64,000 nucleotides of DNA, taken from positions 76,260,001 through 76,324,000 of the forward strand of contig NC_043002.1 in NCBI RefSeq assembly GCF_006345805.1, read 5' to 3'. A program made the position numbers and the translations under genes. This DNA comes from Octopus sinensis (taxonomy: Eukaryota). The stretch's first letter is position 1. The number at the start of each line of letters is the position of its first letter. This document shows, in pieces, positions 1 to 18,260 of the stretch. The notes below the pieces were generated by a model. The model was given only the letters and a program-made list of their open reading frames with translations. It searched no databases and was not told where the DNA came from.

Positions 1-140
1 ACTACTCATTTTTGCCAGCTGAGCGGGCTGAAATAATTTGAAATAAAATGTCTTGCTCAAGGACATAAATCGTTGCCGGGATTCGAACTCACGCCCTTAC
101 GATCGTGAGCCGAATATCCTAATCACTAAGCCACGCGCTT
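1..140 (-). mobile_element. tRNA-derived SINE 5' part (family D, same as 3366-3690)
   Basis: Reverse complement reads AAGCGCGTGGCTTAGTGATTAGG...GAGTTCGAATCCC...GTCCTTGAGCAAGACA: A/B-box-like head plus CORE-like segment. Confidence 0.7.
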
Positions 141-434
141 TTACACTATATCTGTAATTAGGGGCAGTCTTAAGTAATTATCTTTTACTTTTTATCGTTT
201 ACTTGTTTCAGTCATTGGACTGCGGCCATGCTAGAGCACCACTTTCAAGGATTTTAGTCAAACACATCAACCCCAATACATAATATCAAATTTGGTATTT
301 ATTCTATCGGTCCTTTTTGCCGAACCCCTAAATTACAGGGACGCAAACAAATTAACACCGGTTCTCAAACGGTGGCGGACGCGTCAAACAGAAGTAACCA
401 CCCTCACAAAAAAAACAAATGCACACATACATAC

Positions 435-470
<36 letters not shown>

Positions 471-488
471 TTATATATATATATATAT

Positions 489-2690
<2,202 letters not shown>

Positions 2691-2988
2691 ACATACACAT
2701 ACATACCTAAATAAGTACTTTATACTACACTATATACATATGCAGAGAGAAATGAGTTTAACATTTACAAAACACCAAAATATCCAAAACCAGATTGGTT
2801 AACTTTAATGTGATACAGTCAGTAGTCGAGATCACATGCATTATGTAACTATTGCACTACCACATGAAACAGCCTGTAGCCACATGAGATCTTAAATATC
2901 TTCTATATTACACAATAATATATTGCATTCTATCATATGTGAATACATATACATATACACATATATACAGGCACACACACACACACAT

Positions 2989-3028
<40 letters not shown>

Positions 3029-3045
3029 TATATATATATATATAT

Positions 3046-3079
<34 letters not shown>

Positions 3080-3365
3080 GAAAGCTCACACTCTTATCGT
3101 GCATCATTATCAGCACGGTCGAGTCAGCGAAGACCAGATTTTTCGATTTGTTTGTGTCACATTCATGCCAAATATATTGCATTATTTTTTTTTTTTTTGC
3201 ACTGGTTCTTCGATTGAAGTTTTCTACTGTAATCGAAGTAAAATATATATATGGCGTATATCTACTTATATATAAATAGATGTACGCTTGGCTGCATATG
3301 GTTGTTCAACGAATTACAACATAGCAAAAATCTCTATGAACTGTGGACCTTCATATCCAAATCGT

Positions 3366-3690
3366 GAAGGCGCGTGACTTAGTGGTTGGGGTAATCGTCT
3401 CACGAACGCAAGCTTGTGAGTTCAATTCCTGGCGACACGTTGTGGTCTTGAGCAAGAAACTTTATTTCACTTTGATCCAGTCCATTCAGTTAGCAAATTT
3501 TATATTAGCACTTGCATTTCAAATGGCCAGCCTTGTCAGACTCTGTGTCACGCTGAATCTCCCTGTGAACTACATTAAGAGCACACATGTCTGTGGTGTG
3601 CTCAGCCACATGCACGTTAATTTCAGAAGCAAACTGTTTCAGTGATCGTATCAACTGGAACCATCACCGTCGCAACCGACGGAGTGCCAT
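3366..3690 (+). mobile_element. tRNA-derived SINE (family D), near full length
   Basis: GGCGCGTGACTTAGTGGTT A-box-like start, GAGTTCAATTCC B box, GTGGTCTTGAGCAAGAAAC CORE-like motif. Confidence 0.7.
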
Positions 3691-3721
3691 TAGTATATCC
3701 AAATCTCTCTTCGCCTTTAAA

Positions 3722-4150
3722 TTCTTTTACTTGTTTCAGTCATTTAACTGCGGCCATGCTGGAGCACCACCTTTAGTCGAGCAAATCGACCCCAGGACTT
3801 ATTCTTTGGACGCCTAGTACTTATTCTATCGGTCTCTTTTGCCGAACCGCTAGCTACGGAAACGTAAGAACACCAGCATCGGTTGTCAAGCGTAGTTGGG
3901 GGAGGGGGCAAACACAGACACACAAACATATACACACACATACATCTATCTATATATATATATATAATATATATATATACATATATACGACGGGCTTCTT
4001 TCAGTTTCCGTCTACCAAATCCACTCACAAGGCTTTGGTCGGCCCGAGGCTATAGTAGAAGACACTTGCCCAAGGTGCCACGCAGTGGGAATGAACCAGG
4101 AACCATGTAGTTGGTAAGCAAGCTACTTACCACACAGCCACTCCTGCGCC
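3722..4150 (-). mobile_element. SINE family B, full length
   Basis: Head rc GGCGCAGGAGTGGCTGTGTGGTAAG, CORE-like GTGGCACCTTGGGCAAGTGTC, central TA/TG microsatellite, tail ACTGAAACAAGTAAAAGA. Confidence 0.9.
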
Positions 4151-4547
4151 TTTGATGACTATACGCCTTAAAACATTGCAGTATCGGAGAATGCAGCTTT
4201 CGTCTATTTGTGCTCACCCATAAGACAGCAGGGTAGTGCAGATAGGTTGCTCTCAACACATTTAAAAAAACATATGTCTTTCCCAGATGTACGTTCTGAC
4301 TAAAAATTAGAGGACCAAACTTCAGAAGAAGTCGTCCTGTGTGCTCGTTCATCATCCTGATTATTTTTATTTTCCCGAGTACTCGACAATATTGAAAGTG
4401 GAGGGTTGACCCGCTTTTTGATATTTGTTCTGTTGGGTTTCTACTTACCCCCATATTTTGCCTTGAGATGGGATACCGTGTTTATCATTAACTATCCGAA
4501 TATGTCACAGGTTGTACTATTAGCAGTAGCACACAAAGCAACCTGGC

Positions 4548-4745
4548 AATCTATCTATCTATCTATCTGTGTATTGTGTGTGTGTATTAGATTGGGTTGC
4601 GCATGTTCAGGTCCACAGCAGGACGAAGGCCTGAGCGTGTTCTCTCCATCAACCACTGTCTGATGTGGAAGTTGTGAATTTGAGCTGAGACCAAACTGGT
4701 TTGATGAGCCTACTCTTCCCCACTGGCTCGACATCACTTGGCAAT
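4548..4745 (-). mobile_element. Short retroposon 3' end with (GATA)n tail (second copy at 6703-6945)
   Basis: About 160 bp shared with 6800-6945. Minus strand ends ...GGCCTTCGTCCTGCTGTGGAC...ACACA(GATA)n, resembling an RTE-type 3' end (inference). Confidence 0.55.
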
Positions 4746-4981
4746 TATACAATTATGTTCCAATACGTATTCGTATACATTCGTATATGCAATCAGTCGC
4801 TGGTATAAAATTAAAATGTTCCTTTATATGTATTAATATTTTATTAGATTTCTAAATATTTTTTGTTGTTGTTGTTGTTTATGACTGCCACTATTAATAA
4901 TTTTGATACCAATTTTAAAGTTTTTCGCATTAGTAAATTCATCTTTAATACTTTCTTTTTAATAGTTACACCTGCACATAA

Positions 4982-5385
4982 GGCGGAGGAGAGCTGGCAG
5001 AACCGTTAGCACGCCGGGCGATATGCATAGCCGTTGTTCGTCTGTCGTTACGTTCTGAGTTCAAATTCCGCCGAGGTCGACTTTGCCTTTCATTCTTTCG
5101 GGGTCGATTAAATAAGTACCAGTTACGCACTAGGGTCGATATAATCGACTTAATACGTTTTTCTGTCTTTGTTTGTCCTCTCTGTGTTTAGCCCCTTGTG
5201 GGTAGTAAAGAAATAGGTAATTCGTCTGCCGTTACGTTCTGAGATCAAATTCCGCCGCGGTCGACTTTGCCTTTCATCCTTTCGCAGTCGATAAAATAAG
5301 TACCAGTTATGCACTGGGATCGATGTAATCGATTTATCCCTTCCCTCAAAATTGCTGGCCTTGTGCCAAAATTTGAAATCACTAT
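4982..5385 (+). mobile_element. tRNA-derived SINE family A with internally duplicated body
   Basis: GAGCTGGCAGAACCGTTAGCACGCCGGGCG head, GAGTTCAAATTCC B box, GCCGAGGTCGACTTTGCCTTTCATCCTTTCGGGGTCGAT body present twice. Confidence 0.9.
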
Positions 5386-5792
5386 TTATACTTACGCAGT
5401 GTTTTGAACGATTGTAGTGAATTGTTCGAAATAGGAGGCGTTATTTTCGAATTAAAGGGTCGGAACTCTTTTTACTCCCTACATAACTGTCGTATATAAC
5501 GGTATATTCTTAGGTTATTTGAATTAAATTTGCACCAAAGCAGCCATATTATGCGAATGTCAGCGCGAGGTTTACTGATTGGGGTCTCAGGAAACATAAT
5601 ATGTTCTGCCTCTTTTATATTTCTTTTACTACGGTTTCCCTGAAATATAGAAATTTCTTTCCCTATCTCTATTTTCATTTCCATTTTGGTACTAACTGTA
5701 TGCATACATACATACATATATATGTGTGTGGTTGTATGCATGCATGCATGTATGTAAGTGTGTTTGTTTGCATGTATGTATGTATATACACG

Positions 5793-5829
<37 letters not shown>

Positions 5830-5979
5830 TCGTGCATTCCTTTATTTTGATTTAAACTTTTCGATGTTTGCCCTATTTTGACCTCTTAGGTGTCACCTAG
5901 TTTCTCTTTATAAGACTTTCACATTCATGCGGTGTTATAGATGTAGTTCCTATGTTCTACTGTTCTTGTGTAAGTTTAA

Positions 5980-7340
<1,361 letters not shown>

Positions 7341-7629
7341 ATCAAGGATTACGAAGACAGCAATAATTAATTTTTGTGCTGTGACGGTGAACTGGAATGC
7401 CTGTATTCTTGTGGATTACTTATAGACCAGGATTACCAGAGTGGCGGAATTGTGTTGCCGTGAATTGAACTGTCTTCTTTCGTTCTTTTTCTCTGCTCTG
7501 TCTTTCTGGGGGCTTTTTTGGTTTTTTTTTTATTAAACTTTTATATGGAATAATTGAACTTTTTCTTTCTTTATTTTTGCAAGCATGGCAACAAAGAAAA
7601 ACACTGTACTGGAGCGGGAAATTTTACCT

Positions 7630-7815
7630 CCAGCATCGTTTGACAACCTATGCAGGTGTGTTTACGTCCCCGTAACTTAGCGGTTCGGCAAAAGGGACCC
7701 GATAGAATAAATACCAGGCTTACAAAGACTAAGTCCCGGGGTCGATTTGCTCGACTAAAGGCGATACCCCAGCATGGCCGCAGTCAAATGACTGAAACAA
7801 GTAAAAGAATAAAAA
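7630..7815 (+). mobile_element. SINE family B, 3' half
   Basis: GTGTGTTTACGTCCCCGTAACTTAGCGGTTCGGCAAAA...CAGCATGGCCGCAGTCAAATGACTGAAACAAGTAAAAG. Confidence 0.85.
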
Positions 7816-8244
7816 AATATAGACAGCCGACAACTGACGAAGGGTCATTCTTTGTGTTATTTGTCCTGCTTTCTGTTTGGTTCTCTCGTTGTTTGCGTAT
7901 TGAACTCATTTATTTCTGTATTTCATGTTGTTCACTGTTGGTGACGCCCTGTACCCATATATGCATATGTATGTGTGTGTGTGTGTGTGTGTGAGTGTGT
8001 GTGTGAGTGTGTGTGTGTGTACATATATGATGCAGCACGGAATTTTGTCAGTGAACAGGTCACGGTCTCAAAGCGACGAAAATATTTTGACAAATTAAAT
8101 TGAAATGTTGAAGTGAATCTAACGAATTTTGTTTTTCTTAAATGGCTTATAAACACCTTCCACGCTGCAATTGTTTTCGTTCCAGCATACGAACTCAGAT
8201 CAGGTCAATTGCTATGCAAGTACATCTCCGTAATATATATATAT

Positions 8245-8287
<43 letters not shown>

Positions 8288-8589
8288 GTGTACGTGCGTA
8301 TACGGATACATATATAATAGATTATCTCTCTCGCCATCTCTATCTTTCCTCTGATCTCTCTCTCCCTCTCTTTCCCTCCCCCTCTCTCTCACTCACTAAC
8401 TCTCTCTCCCTCTTTCTCTCTCACTCTCTCTCTCGCTCTCTCTTCCTGTACCTCTCGCTCTGACACACACTGTTTAATTCCTGTTGCCATACACATATGA
8501 ATAGATCAGTGTACGCACGATTTTCTAGATAATCTGAGATATCGACGTAGTGATGCTGACTTTGATGCTGTTGGTATTTTTTGTGTTCT

Positions 8590-8880
8590 CGTGCTTGTTG
8601 TTGTTGTTGTTGTTGATTATGAGATGGTGATGGTAATGATGATGATGGTAGCTATTGTGTTTGCTCTTGTTCCTGGGGACAATAGTGCGGTCGGTTGTGG
8701 TGGAAGTTGTGGTGGTTGCATTGGCGGTTTAGTGATTGTGACGGCGGTGGTGGTAAAGGTGTTGATAATGATGGTAGTGGTGGTGGTGGTGGTGGTTGTA
8801 TGCTGGAGGTGCTGGTGGTGGTAGCGCTGGTGGTGCTGGTGCTGATGGTGGCGTTACTGTTAGCCGACATGATGGTTTTG
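8590..8880. repeat. Degenerate trinucleotide low-complexity tract (GTT/GAT/GGT)
   Basis: Visible directly; gives spurious poly-V/G/H/T ORFs. Confidence 0.85.
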
Positions 8881-9233
8881 TTCCGTGTCTGATAATGTAT
8901 GTAAAATTGTGAATGTGTATGTTTATATAAGTACCACGTATTTGCATCTCTGTCACTGTTTGTGGTAATGGTTTGTCTCTCCACAAAAGTGTGTGTGTGT
9001 GTGTGTTTTTGCATGTTTATGTGTATGTGTGTGTGTGTATTTGTGTCTCCGTGCGTGTGTTTGTCAGGCGATAGCGGCGATGGTGGTGATCGGACTGGCG
9101 ACCGAACGGATTCGGACAAGATAAAATATTCATATTTATGTACTAATATAACAAATGTCGAGCGTATTTGTGAATATTGCACACTTACAAACGCACCACA
9201 CGTAACAACGTATACAATTTTGAATCAGATATG

Positions 9234-9234
<1 letters not shown>

Positions 9235-9272
<38 letters not shown>

Positions 9273-9291
9273 TATATATATATATATATAT

Positions 9292-9326
<35 letters not shown>

Positions 9327-9367
9327 CAGATATATATACATACACACACACAAACATATATATATAT

Positions 9368-9421
<54 letters not shown>

Positions 9422-9478
9422 CAGATATATATACATACACAGACACAAACATATATATATATATATGTATGTATATGC

Positions 9479-9509
<31 letters not shown>

Positions 9510-9728
9510 CACATATATATAAATGCATATACACACATATATATATATACATATACACAGATATATGTATATATATATGTGCGCGCGTGTGTGTATGTAT
9601 ATATGTGTGTGTGAGTGTGCGTGTGTGTGTGTGTGCGGGGTGTGTGTGTATCAGTATATCAATATGTTTTTAAGCACCTATGTTTGTATGAAATATATGT
9701 AAGTGTATGTAACTATACATACATACCC

Positions 9729-9825
<97 letters not shown>

Positions 9826-9912
9826 ACATATATGTATACGTATATATATATTTATGTATATGTATATGTATATATATATGCATGTATATTTATATTATAT
9901 ATATATATATAC

Positions 9913-9946
<34 letters not shown>

Positions 9947-10501
9947 ATACATATATACTAACATGCAATGAGAAATTTACTTACATAAATACATGCATAT
10001 ATGCGTATGTTCATACATGTGTGCTTCTGTGTGTGTGTCTATGCGTCTGTGTCCGTGTGTACGTGTGCGTACTGTGTGCTTAAATCACACAACATTATCT
10101 TTAAAATTTTATTGTATAATATAGCTTAATTGCCTGGAAAACAATACTGGACGTTCACGCTTGGAGAGACCTTGAACACAAATCTGCTCAATCAGGATGG
10201 GCTACGGGTGACACGCCAGTATCAACTTGTTTGCATGGGTGCGAGTTCCTGCATGAGCTTGTGTGTATGTATCTGTGTGTGAGAGTGTATATTTAAACTT
10301 CCACACAAAAACACGCAAACATATATATTATATATATATATAATATATATATACATGTAGGTATGTATGTATGTGTATGTATCTACAATATATATAGAAA
10401 GAAATAGATACGTAGATAGATAGATACATAATAGACAGATAGATAGATAATATACACGTATAGATCTGCATATAAACATACATGTACATATATATGACCA
10501 C

Positions 10502-10539
<38 letters not shown>

Positions 10540-10658
10540 TATATATACAATGCACTCACATATATATATGTAAAATACATGTAAATATAAATATATATTA
10601 TATATTTGTATATATATGCATACATACACACGTACATATAAATAAATATATACATACC

Positions 10659-10754
<96 letters not shown>

Positions 10755-11327
10755 GCACACACATTATATACATATATACATATATAATTCATGTCTGTTT
10801 GGAAAAGTCATTGTCAGAGTAACAATATATGTAAGTGTCGGCATGCCATACATCCGATTCAGAACACAACCTCGTCTTGTTGTCTACAGAATTTGGTTGG
10901 CTGTCAAAATCAGGAATCACTGAAGATATTACATTTTCTGCAGAACAACTAGAACGTTCGGTTTGCAGCTACGAATGTGCGACGAATGAACGTTTGTATA
11001 AACAGATTGTGAGATACGAATGTATGTATGTATGTATGTATGTATGTGTGTATGTATGTATGTATGTATGTATGTATGTATGTATGTATGTACGTACGTA
11101 TGTATGAATTTACGTATGTAAGAATAGATGCATAGATGTATGTATGAATGTGTACTTTCCTGCGTGTGTGTGTATATATATATATAGATATATATATGCA
11201 TACATATATATGTATGTGTGTGTGTGTGCGTATGTGCATGTAAATATATGTATGTATATATGTGTGTATATATATATATATAAATATATGCATTTATATA
11301 TCCATATAGATATATATGTATATATAC

Positions 11328-11371
<44 letters not shown>

Positions 11372-11684
11372 CGGTACGTGTATGTATATGTAAACATGTA
11401 TATAACTATATATGTATATATATATAAATAAATATATATATATACACATATATATACACACTAGATATGCATTAGTGTGTGAATATACATATAAAGATAT
11501 ATACACTCTTCTTTATATATATGTATACATATATATATATAACATTTGTTTCATAAATAAATACGCGTGTATATATATGCATATGTGTGTGTGTATGTAT
11601 CTACGTATGTATATACATATATGCACGTATGCTTATATATATGTCTGTATCTCTGTTCGAGTTTTTTTTTGGCGTGTATGTATG

Positions 11685-11732
<48 letters not shown>

Positions 11733-11800
11733 TGTGTGTGAGCATGGGTGTAAAGTTACACATGTGTGTATATGCACGTGTGTTAATATGTATGCGTTGA
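9235..11800. repeat. Large field of TA/CA/TACA microsatellites
   Basis: Visible directly; ORFs here are YI/HT/CV read-throughs. Confidence 0.9.
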
Positions 11801-11999
11801 GACAAATAGAGTGGAAGAGAGGTAGCAGAGACAGATTTAAAAAAATGGTGAGTCTTGGAGAGAAAAAGTAAAGAAGCTGGAAAATAGAAGAAAAAAAAAG
11901 AACAGAATTTAACTGAGAACGATGGATATTATATTGGTTGCACGGATATTTAGCTTTCATCTTTTGTCTGGTCGCGAGGAAAATATATGAAGAAGATGG

Positions 12000-12012
12000 T
12001 AATAATAATAAC

Positions 12013-12065
<53 letters not shown>

Positions 12066-12138
12066 CAACAACGACAACAACGACAACATTAACAACACCG
12101 GCAAAATAATAATAGTAATAATAATGATGATGACAATA

Positions 12139-12210
<72 letters not shown>

Positions 12211-12290
12211 GTGGTGGTGTGGTGATGATGATGATGATGATGAAGATGATGATGATGATGATGATGATGCTGATGATGAGGATGATGTAT
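12000..12290. repeat. Compound trinucleotide microsatellite (AAT)n-(AAC)n-(GAT)n
   Basis: Visible directly in the sequence. Confidence 0.95.
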
Positions 12291-12661
12291 TTTTTTTTTT
12301 TTGGTATATTATAATATAGATATCTGTTATCTGAAAACAAGATATAACAAAATTGAGCCGAAACCTCACTTGGAACAAATATGAGAAGAAAGCAGAAGGC
12401 GAAGTTGGTAAGAACAACGCTATACTTGCAGCAATAGTGACCATAATAATCCTGAACCAGCATGAAACAACAGCCAAATCACCCTCGAAATTACACTACA
12501 TTGTTTGACAAGAAGGAGGCTTTGACTGTGTTGTTTGTGACGACGTTAGTGGTAGAATTGCATCGCATTACCTGCAATTAGCAGGTATTATAAGTCTTGT
12601 GTGTTCTTGGGTTTATGGCGATAGGATGTTTGAACTTAAATCTGCAATTTATTACCTCATT

Positions 12662-13081
12662 GGCGCAGGTGTGGCTCTGTGGTAGCAAATTTGTTTCCTA
12701 ATTGCATGGTCCCGGTTTCAGTCCCACCAGGTGGTACCTTGAGCAAGTGTGTTCTGTTATAGTTACAGATCAGCCAAAACCTCACGAATTGACTTAGTAG
12801 ACGCAAACTGTGTGGAAATCCGTTGAAAATATGTATGTATGTGTCTGTCTGTCTGTCTGTGTGTTTGCATTTGGGCTTTTCCCCCCATCACTTCTTGACA
12901 ACCGGTGTTAGTTTATTTGTGTCTCCGTCACTTTACGGTTCGACAAAAAGAGACCGATAGTATAAGTACCAGGCTTTAAAAATAAGCACTAGAAGGGATC
13001 TGTTCAACTAAACCGTACAAGGTGTTGCCCCAGCATGGCCGCAGTTCAGTAACTGAAACAAGAAAAAGATAAAAGATAAAA
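12662..13081 (+). mobile_element. SINE family B, older full-length copy
   Basis: GGCGCAGGTGTGGCTCTGTGGTAG head, GGTACCTTGAGCAAGTGTG core, CAGCATGGCCGCAG...AAGATAAAAGATAAAA tail. Confidence 0.8.
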
Positions 13082-15344
13082 CTCATAAAACTTATAAAAC
13101 ACTCGATAGCTATGCAGTGCTGCCGCTGTTTTATCTCTTTGCAGACAAGTAAATATCAACGTTATAGAGAGAGAAAATTTCATTGATAGAATCCGAAATC
13201 GTGAATTTTCACTTAGTAATTTAAACATCCTACTGATTCGATCAGAAGGGACTCAACAAAATTATATTCTCTTATAATTGTGACATGTTTTATGTCGATG
13301 GCAAACACGCTTCAGTTGATATCAAGTCTTCTCATAGTCCCTTACTCCTTTCTCAGTAAATTAATCTCAGGATGGCTACAATGGATTCACTAACAAATCA
13401 AAGTGGAATGGAGTGGCTGTAATAGAGAAGTTAAAAGCTCGGCGATTTGATTTATATTGCAAGGCTGAGCAGTGAAGATGAAACATGTATTTGCTAGAGT
13501 TAATCAAAGGGTTAGTTAATATTGCTGCTGCAGCGATATATTGGTTTGCTCTTAGTCTTCTCATCTTTATCTTGGCATTTGAATTCGACAGAAAAAATGT
13601 TCCAGACTGACAACACATACACACACACGCACACACACTCATATATATATAAGCTTCTTTTTAATGATAACGAACTGTTTCACTCCTTGGTAGTGATATC
13701 ATCGTGAAAAACAGTTTGAAACTTGTAAGATTAGCCTGAATCAAAGGACTTATATATTTCACATATCAAAGATAGTCAAAATTGAAATATCTGTTAATAG
13801 TCAATCCACAAATGTCAAAGGGTACGGGAAATTGCATTGCTTAATAGACTGAATTATAGTTACAAGTGATTTACCATTATGCATTCGGTGCAAATAATCG
13901 GTGCGCAAAAGGTGAATTGAAATTGAAATTTCTTTCTCTCAGATATAAAGACATAATTGATGAGCTCAGAGCGATGTTATGTTGCATATCCGTCCAACGC
14001 ATGCTAAGCATAATGAAACGGACATGAATGCGATGATATATGTTGCAATGATTTCAGGAAGAGTGATAACACTACCAGTAACACAATTACATTAGCAATT
14101 ATAATCATTAGCAACCATCGCCATAAGAACGTTAGCAACACTTCGGTCACAGCAACATCAGCAGCAAGGACACTGACAGAGAAAATTAATCAAAAATTAT
14201 AAACTTTCAGGAAAAACAAGAAGAAAGCTACTTCCCAAAAGAAAACTCTGTGAAAACACTTTCTACCGGCTCCTAACTGATCGTGTTCGACTCTCAAACA
14301 TATCTGCGAAACTAAATTTTCATTACTTTTTTCCACCATAACGTGAACATATATAGTGATGTTTATTCAACACTGATGTAGTCAGAATGAAACCGAAACA
14401 CACTCGGAATTGTTAGCTGTTATTGCTTAAAATATTATTATTACTCGTTGATTAACGTTGTTTTTATCTCACCTTGTATCTTTTCTAGTTAACTTTCTAA
14501 AATACTCCTTGCGTTAAATATATTAATGCTAACGTAAGTTAACTGTTGTGAAGCATTTACTTTGGTGTTCCTATTGTCCCTGTTGATCCCAACTACTTAT
14601 AACCAGTAGAATATAGTGGTTGTAGCACCTCTCTTCGGCAGTTGCAATTGACACCACCCAGCCTCGACAGAATTACTTTCTTTATGTTGGTTGTTACAAT
14701 AAAACAATTTCAAATTGATATATTTAAGGCTTTTAATGAAAACACTGTTTCTATATTACAATACTTAAGTGAAAGTGTCGCCATAAGGAATACAAGTTAT
14801 CGTTAAGAAAACTGACACAAAATAGAATTCAAACAGTCGTATGTAACGAGACAGTGTAAATAATAACTGGAAATATTCTCATATTGCTGACATCGTAATA
14901 CTCTATAACATGTCTATGGACAGGTGTACAGAGCATCACCATGTCTGCCTGTCTCTTTTGCTTGATTCTCAGTTTTAAAACCCAGACACTTTTTTTCAGT
15001 AATCCCTACCGCGGTCGAAAGAGCATACATCTTGTTCCTCATCAGACAATGTTCATTACAACTCTTCTTTTCCGAGCATATTGAAAACTCTTCCGTTATT
15101 CATAAAACAGCGGAATATTATCTTGCTCCTCGATTTTTCCTTCGTAAATTCTTCAAGGAAGGACAAGTTGTCTCTCGAAATATATCTTAAACATACTTTT
15201 CTTTGAACTTGCTCATATCGAGCAGCTCCTTATGACACACGACGCTTGTAAAAGTTGGATAGTTATTGATGCAACTGGTTGTTATATTGTTAGCCTCTTT
15301 ATGTGTGGTTTCTATTGTGCAACTGTAAGATCACTGTTCGGTTC

Positions 15345-15558
15345 TCTTTTCTTTTATTTTCATTCTTTTATTTGCTAATGTCATTGGACTGTGGTCATGC
15401 TGAAGCACTTTTCTGAATGGTTTAATCGAATTAATCCAGACCAATACCTATTTTCTGTCTCCAACGTTTTGCTGGAATGCTAAATTACGAGGGAGTAAAT
15501 AAGCCAACGCCAGTTGTCAAGCGGTATGGGAACAAACCACAAACACACTTACACATAT

Positions 15559-15602
<44 letters not shown>

Positions 15603-15650
15603 GCGCACACACCCACACATGTACGATGAGCTTCAGCTCAGCTTTCCTGA
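15345..15650 (-). mobile_element. SINE family B, degenerate 3' half
   Basis: GTCATTGGACTGTGGTCATGCTGAAGCAC...GTTGTCAAGCG...(CA)n. Confidence 0.65.
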
Positions 15651-16556
15651 CGAAAGGAAACCATTGGGGTGGTACTTACGATATATTCGACTCATAGCGG
15701 GACTATCCTAATTGCAAAAATAGTTGGAAGCGATCGGATATTGAACGAATACGTGCAAAACAGTTTTACCGCACTGCGAGCATCTCGATCAGATCCAATT
15801 CATGACGTTTCCGCTCCTGTAAAGTTTATCCCGTACCTACAGTATTCCCAGGCAGCTTATGGCTCGGTTCTTGTCAACCAATAATCCTCTATAGTTTACA
15901 ATGGTTGGTACTCTACTGGTTGCATTGCTTCATTGCTAGAAATATGCCAATGCCCGACAACATTCTAGATAGCAGACCCAAATCGTCAGCGCTGACAGAC
16001 TGACAAGATTAAAGATGGAAACAAGTGATTATATTAAGCGTCGGGGCTGACGTATCAACATGCGAAAAAAATGGCGTTCAACTATATTTCTTCATCGCGA
16101 AATACAAAGACAGCGCTGTAAGATCTAAAGTGCTTATTCTTAAATCGACTTCGCAAAACCCATTTGAAGATTCTGGTAATGAAGTCGCGACAAGATAACG
16201 ATTTCACAAATAGGTCTTTGATGATTCGCAATATGTGCTGCCTATTCGATTCCTGGCAGTTGTGTGCAATATTTTGGAAGCAGTAGGTCAGCTGTGTGTG
16301 GGTAGTACAGGCAGGAAAAGATGTCTGCTTCGACTATTTACAGCATTTCTCAAGAGAAAAGCAGAGTAGTGCGAATAACCGCTAATGGTAGCTGCGACAT
16401 TGTTGGTGCTGACTGAGTGTATGAAGGCCAATTTATCTAACTTGGAGGACCTGCACTACGAAATTTTTTGATGCAAACCAGATTTATTCGCATCTTTCCT
16501 GACAGATGTTTATTATAACTGCGAACATATTGGGAACATTCTTAACTACAATAATC

Positions 16557-18260
16557 AGGACCGAGCAGTGATACAAGAAGAACACCTACACCCCGCAAAA
16601 AATAATGAAAACTCTATCCTCACTAATTAAAACCCATGGAAAGGAACTGACAACCTTGACTTTCTAACAAACTTTAAATGCAAACCTAGCCTCTTCTCAT
16701 GGTCTGCCAAAAATACACAAAAGCCAAAATATAAATAAAACCATTAAAAAATTACCAAAGACATACATACACCTAACCCGGGGGACCTAAAACTACGACC
16801 CATTGTACCTGGCCCAGCCTGTGAAACACACAGACTAAGTCTACTTATGGATATGACTTGGATATGTTAAATCACCTTCCAAAAAAGTCAAGTATACCTC
16901 ATAATTATGGACTAGAAGCAATTCAGTTCTGGCTGGATCAATTTCTGGAAGAAATGCCAAAAAGGATCAGCAAAGAATTCATTACTAAATCGGTTGAATT
17001 CATCCTACAAAATAACCACTTCATGTTTGACAATACGTTTTACCGTCAAAAGTCCGGAATTGCTATGGGTACAAGGGCAGCACCAGTAATTGCGAACCTA
17101 ACAATGGGCTACCTGGAGGTAATAATATACCAGGAATCTTTATCGACCCTTGGAAACCCCCTTTCCCAATACATAAAAGAGAATTGGAAAAGATTCCTAG
17201 ACGACTGTTTTATAAACTGGAATGAAAACACAGATAAAACGTTTTCCTAAAATTCAAAAACCTATTGAAGAGCGTCAACCCAAATATACAGTTCACAATG
17301 GGGTACAACCAAAAGGAGCTTCTATTCTTAGATATACTAATTAAAAGAATTAACCTAAAAATAGAAACAGACATATTTTACAAAACCACAGACACCAAAC
17401 AATACCTGCTTTTTGATTCATGCCACCCAAGACACACTAAAGCAAACATCCCTGTCAACCTTGCAAGAAGGATATGCACAATAGTGTCAGAACAAAATAC
17501 CAGAAATTTTAGACTACAAGAACTCAAAAACACCCTAATTGACAGACATTACCCAGTTCAACCCATAGAGGATGGAATCAGACGTGCAACAGAAATCGAC
17601 ATAGAAACTTTAAGAAAAGTTCAACACAGCAACACACCTTCCCCGAAAATACTGTCTTACATATCCACATACAACCCCAGAAACAAAGAAGCCTTCACCA
17701 TCATCACCCAGAAGTTACCAATGCTTCAAAAGGACCCAAAATTAAAGGAAATTCTAAACACACTTAAATCATTAAAAGCTACAAACAACCTAAATCACTA
17801 AAAAAGGCAACGTTATTTTCTGAAATAACGGATGCAAAAGTTAAAAATGTGGTAGACCAAACTGCGCAACATGCCCAAACCTTCTAGAAGGATGAGAATT
17901 CCTCTTCAAAGAGGGACAAAAATTCAAGATCAGATCTAATTTTACTTGTGCTTCAGAAAACCTAATTTATGTCATAAGATGCTCGGAATTGTTCGCTGCT
18001 ACATAGGGTCCACGGGATTATCGCTCAGACGCAGATGCACTCTGCATCGACAACAGATTGCATTCCCAGAATACAGAATGATACACTTTAGTGAACATAT
18101 TGAGAAATGTGCAAAGCAACTACTTCCACAATTTTTAATCTTTCCATTCTATCAATGTGCTATTGGAACACCAACACAAATTAGATTAAATCAGGAAACA
18201 TTCTTCATTGAAAAATATAAACCAAAACTTAACCATTCTAAAATTTTTATACAAGGAAAT
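16557..18260 (+). pseudogene. Penelope-like retroelement, RT + GIY-YIG endonuclease, frameshifted and 5'-truncated
   Basis: GLPKIHK-like (~16701), LKLRPIVPGPACETHRLS, QKSGIAMGTRAAPVIANLTMGYLE, WKRFLDDCF, IQFTM...FLDILI, TDIFYKTTDTKQYLLFDSCHPRH, then NLIYVIRC / CYIGSTGLSLRRRCTLHRQQI and ETFFIEKYKPKLN. Split over ORFs 16858-17250, 17265-17801 and 17946-18272. Confidence 0.93.

Noticed and set aside
3366-3440. tRNA genes at SINE heads
   Set aside because: A/B-box-like motifs continue into SINE bodies, and no complete cloverleaf is evident.
7825-7900. Hammerhead at CTGACGA (~7835)
   Set aside because: No downstream GAAA or stem III.
9136-12477. Long ORFs rich in YI/HT/CV/poly-N/M/H/S, here and throughout the window
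   Set aside because: These are translations of microsatellites that lack stop codons.
15000-15050. Minus-strand hammerhead (CUGAUGA...GACCGCGGUA)
   Set aside because: GAAA is incomplete and stem I does not pair; at best a dead relic.
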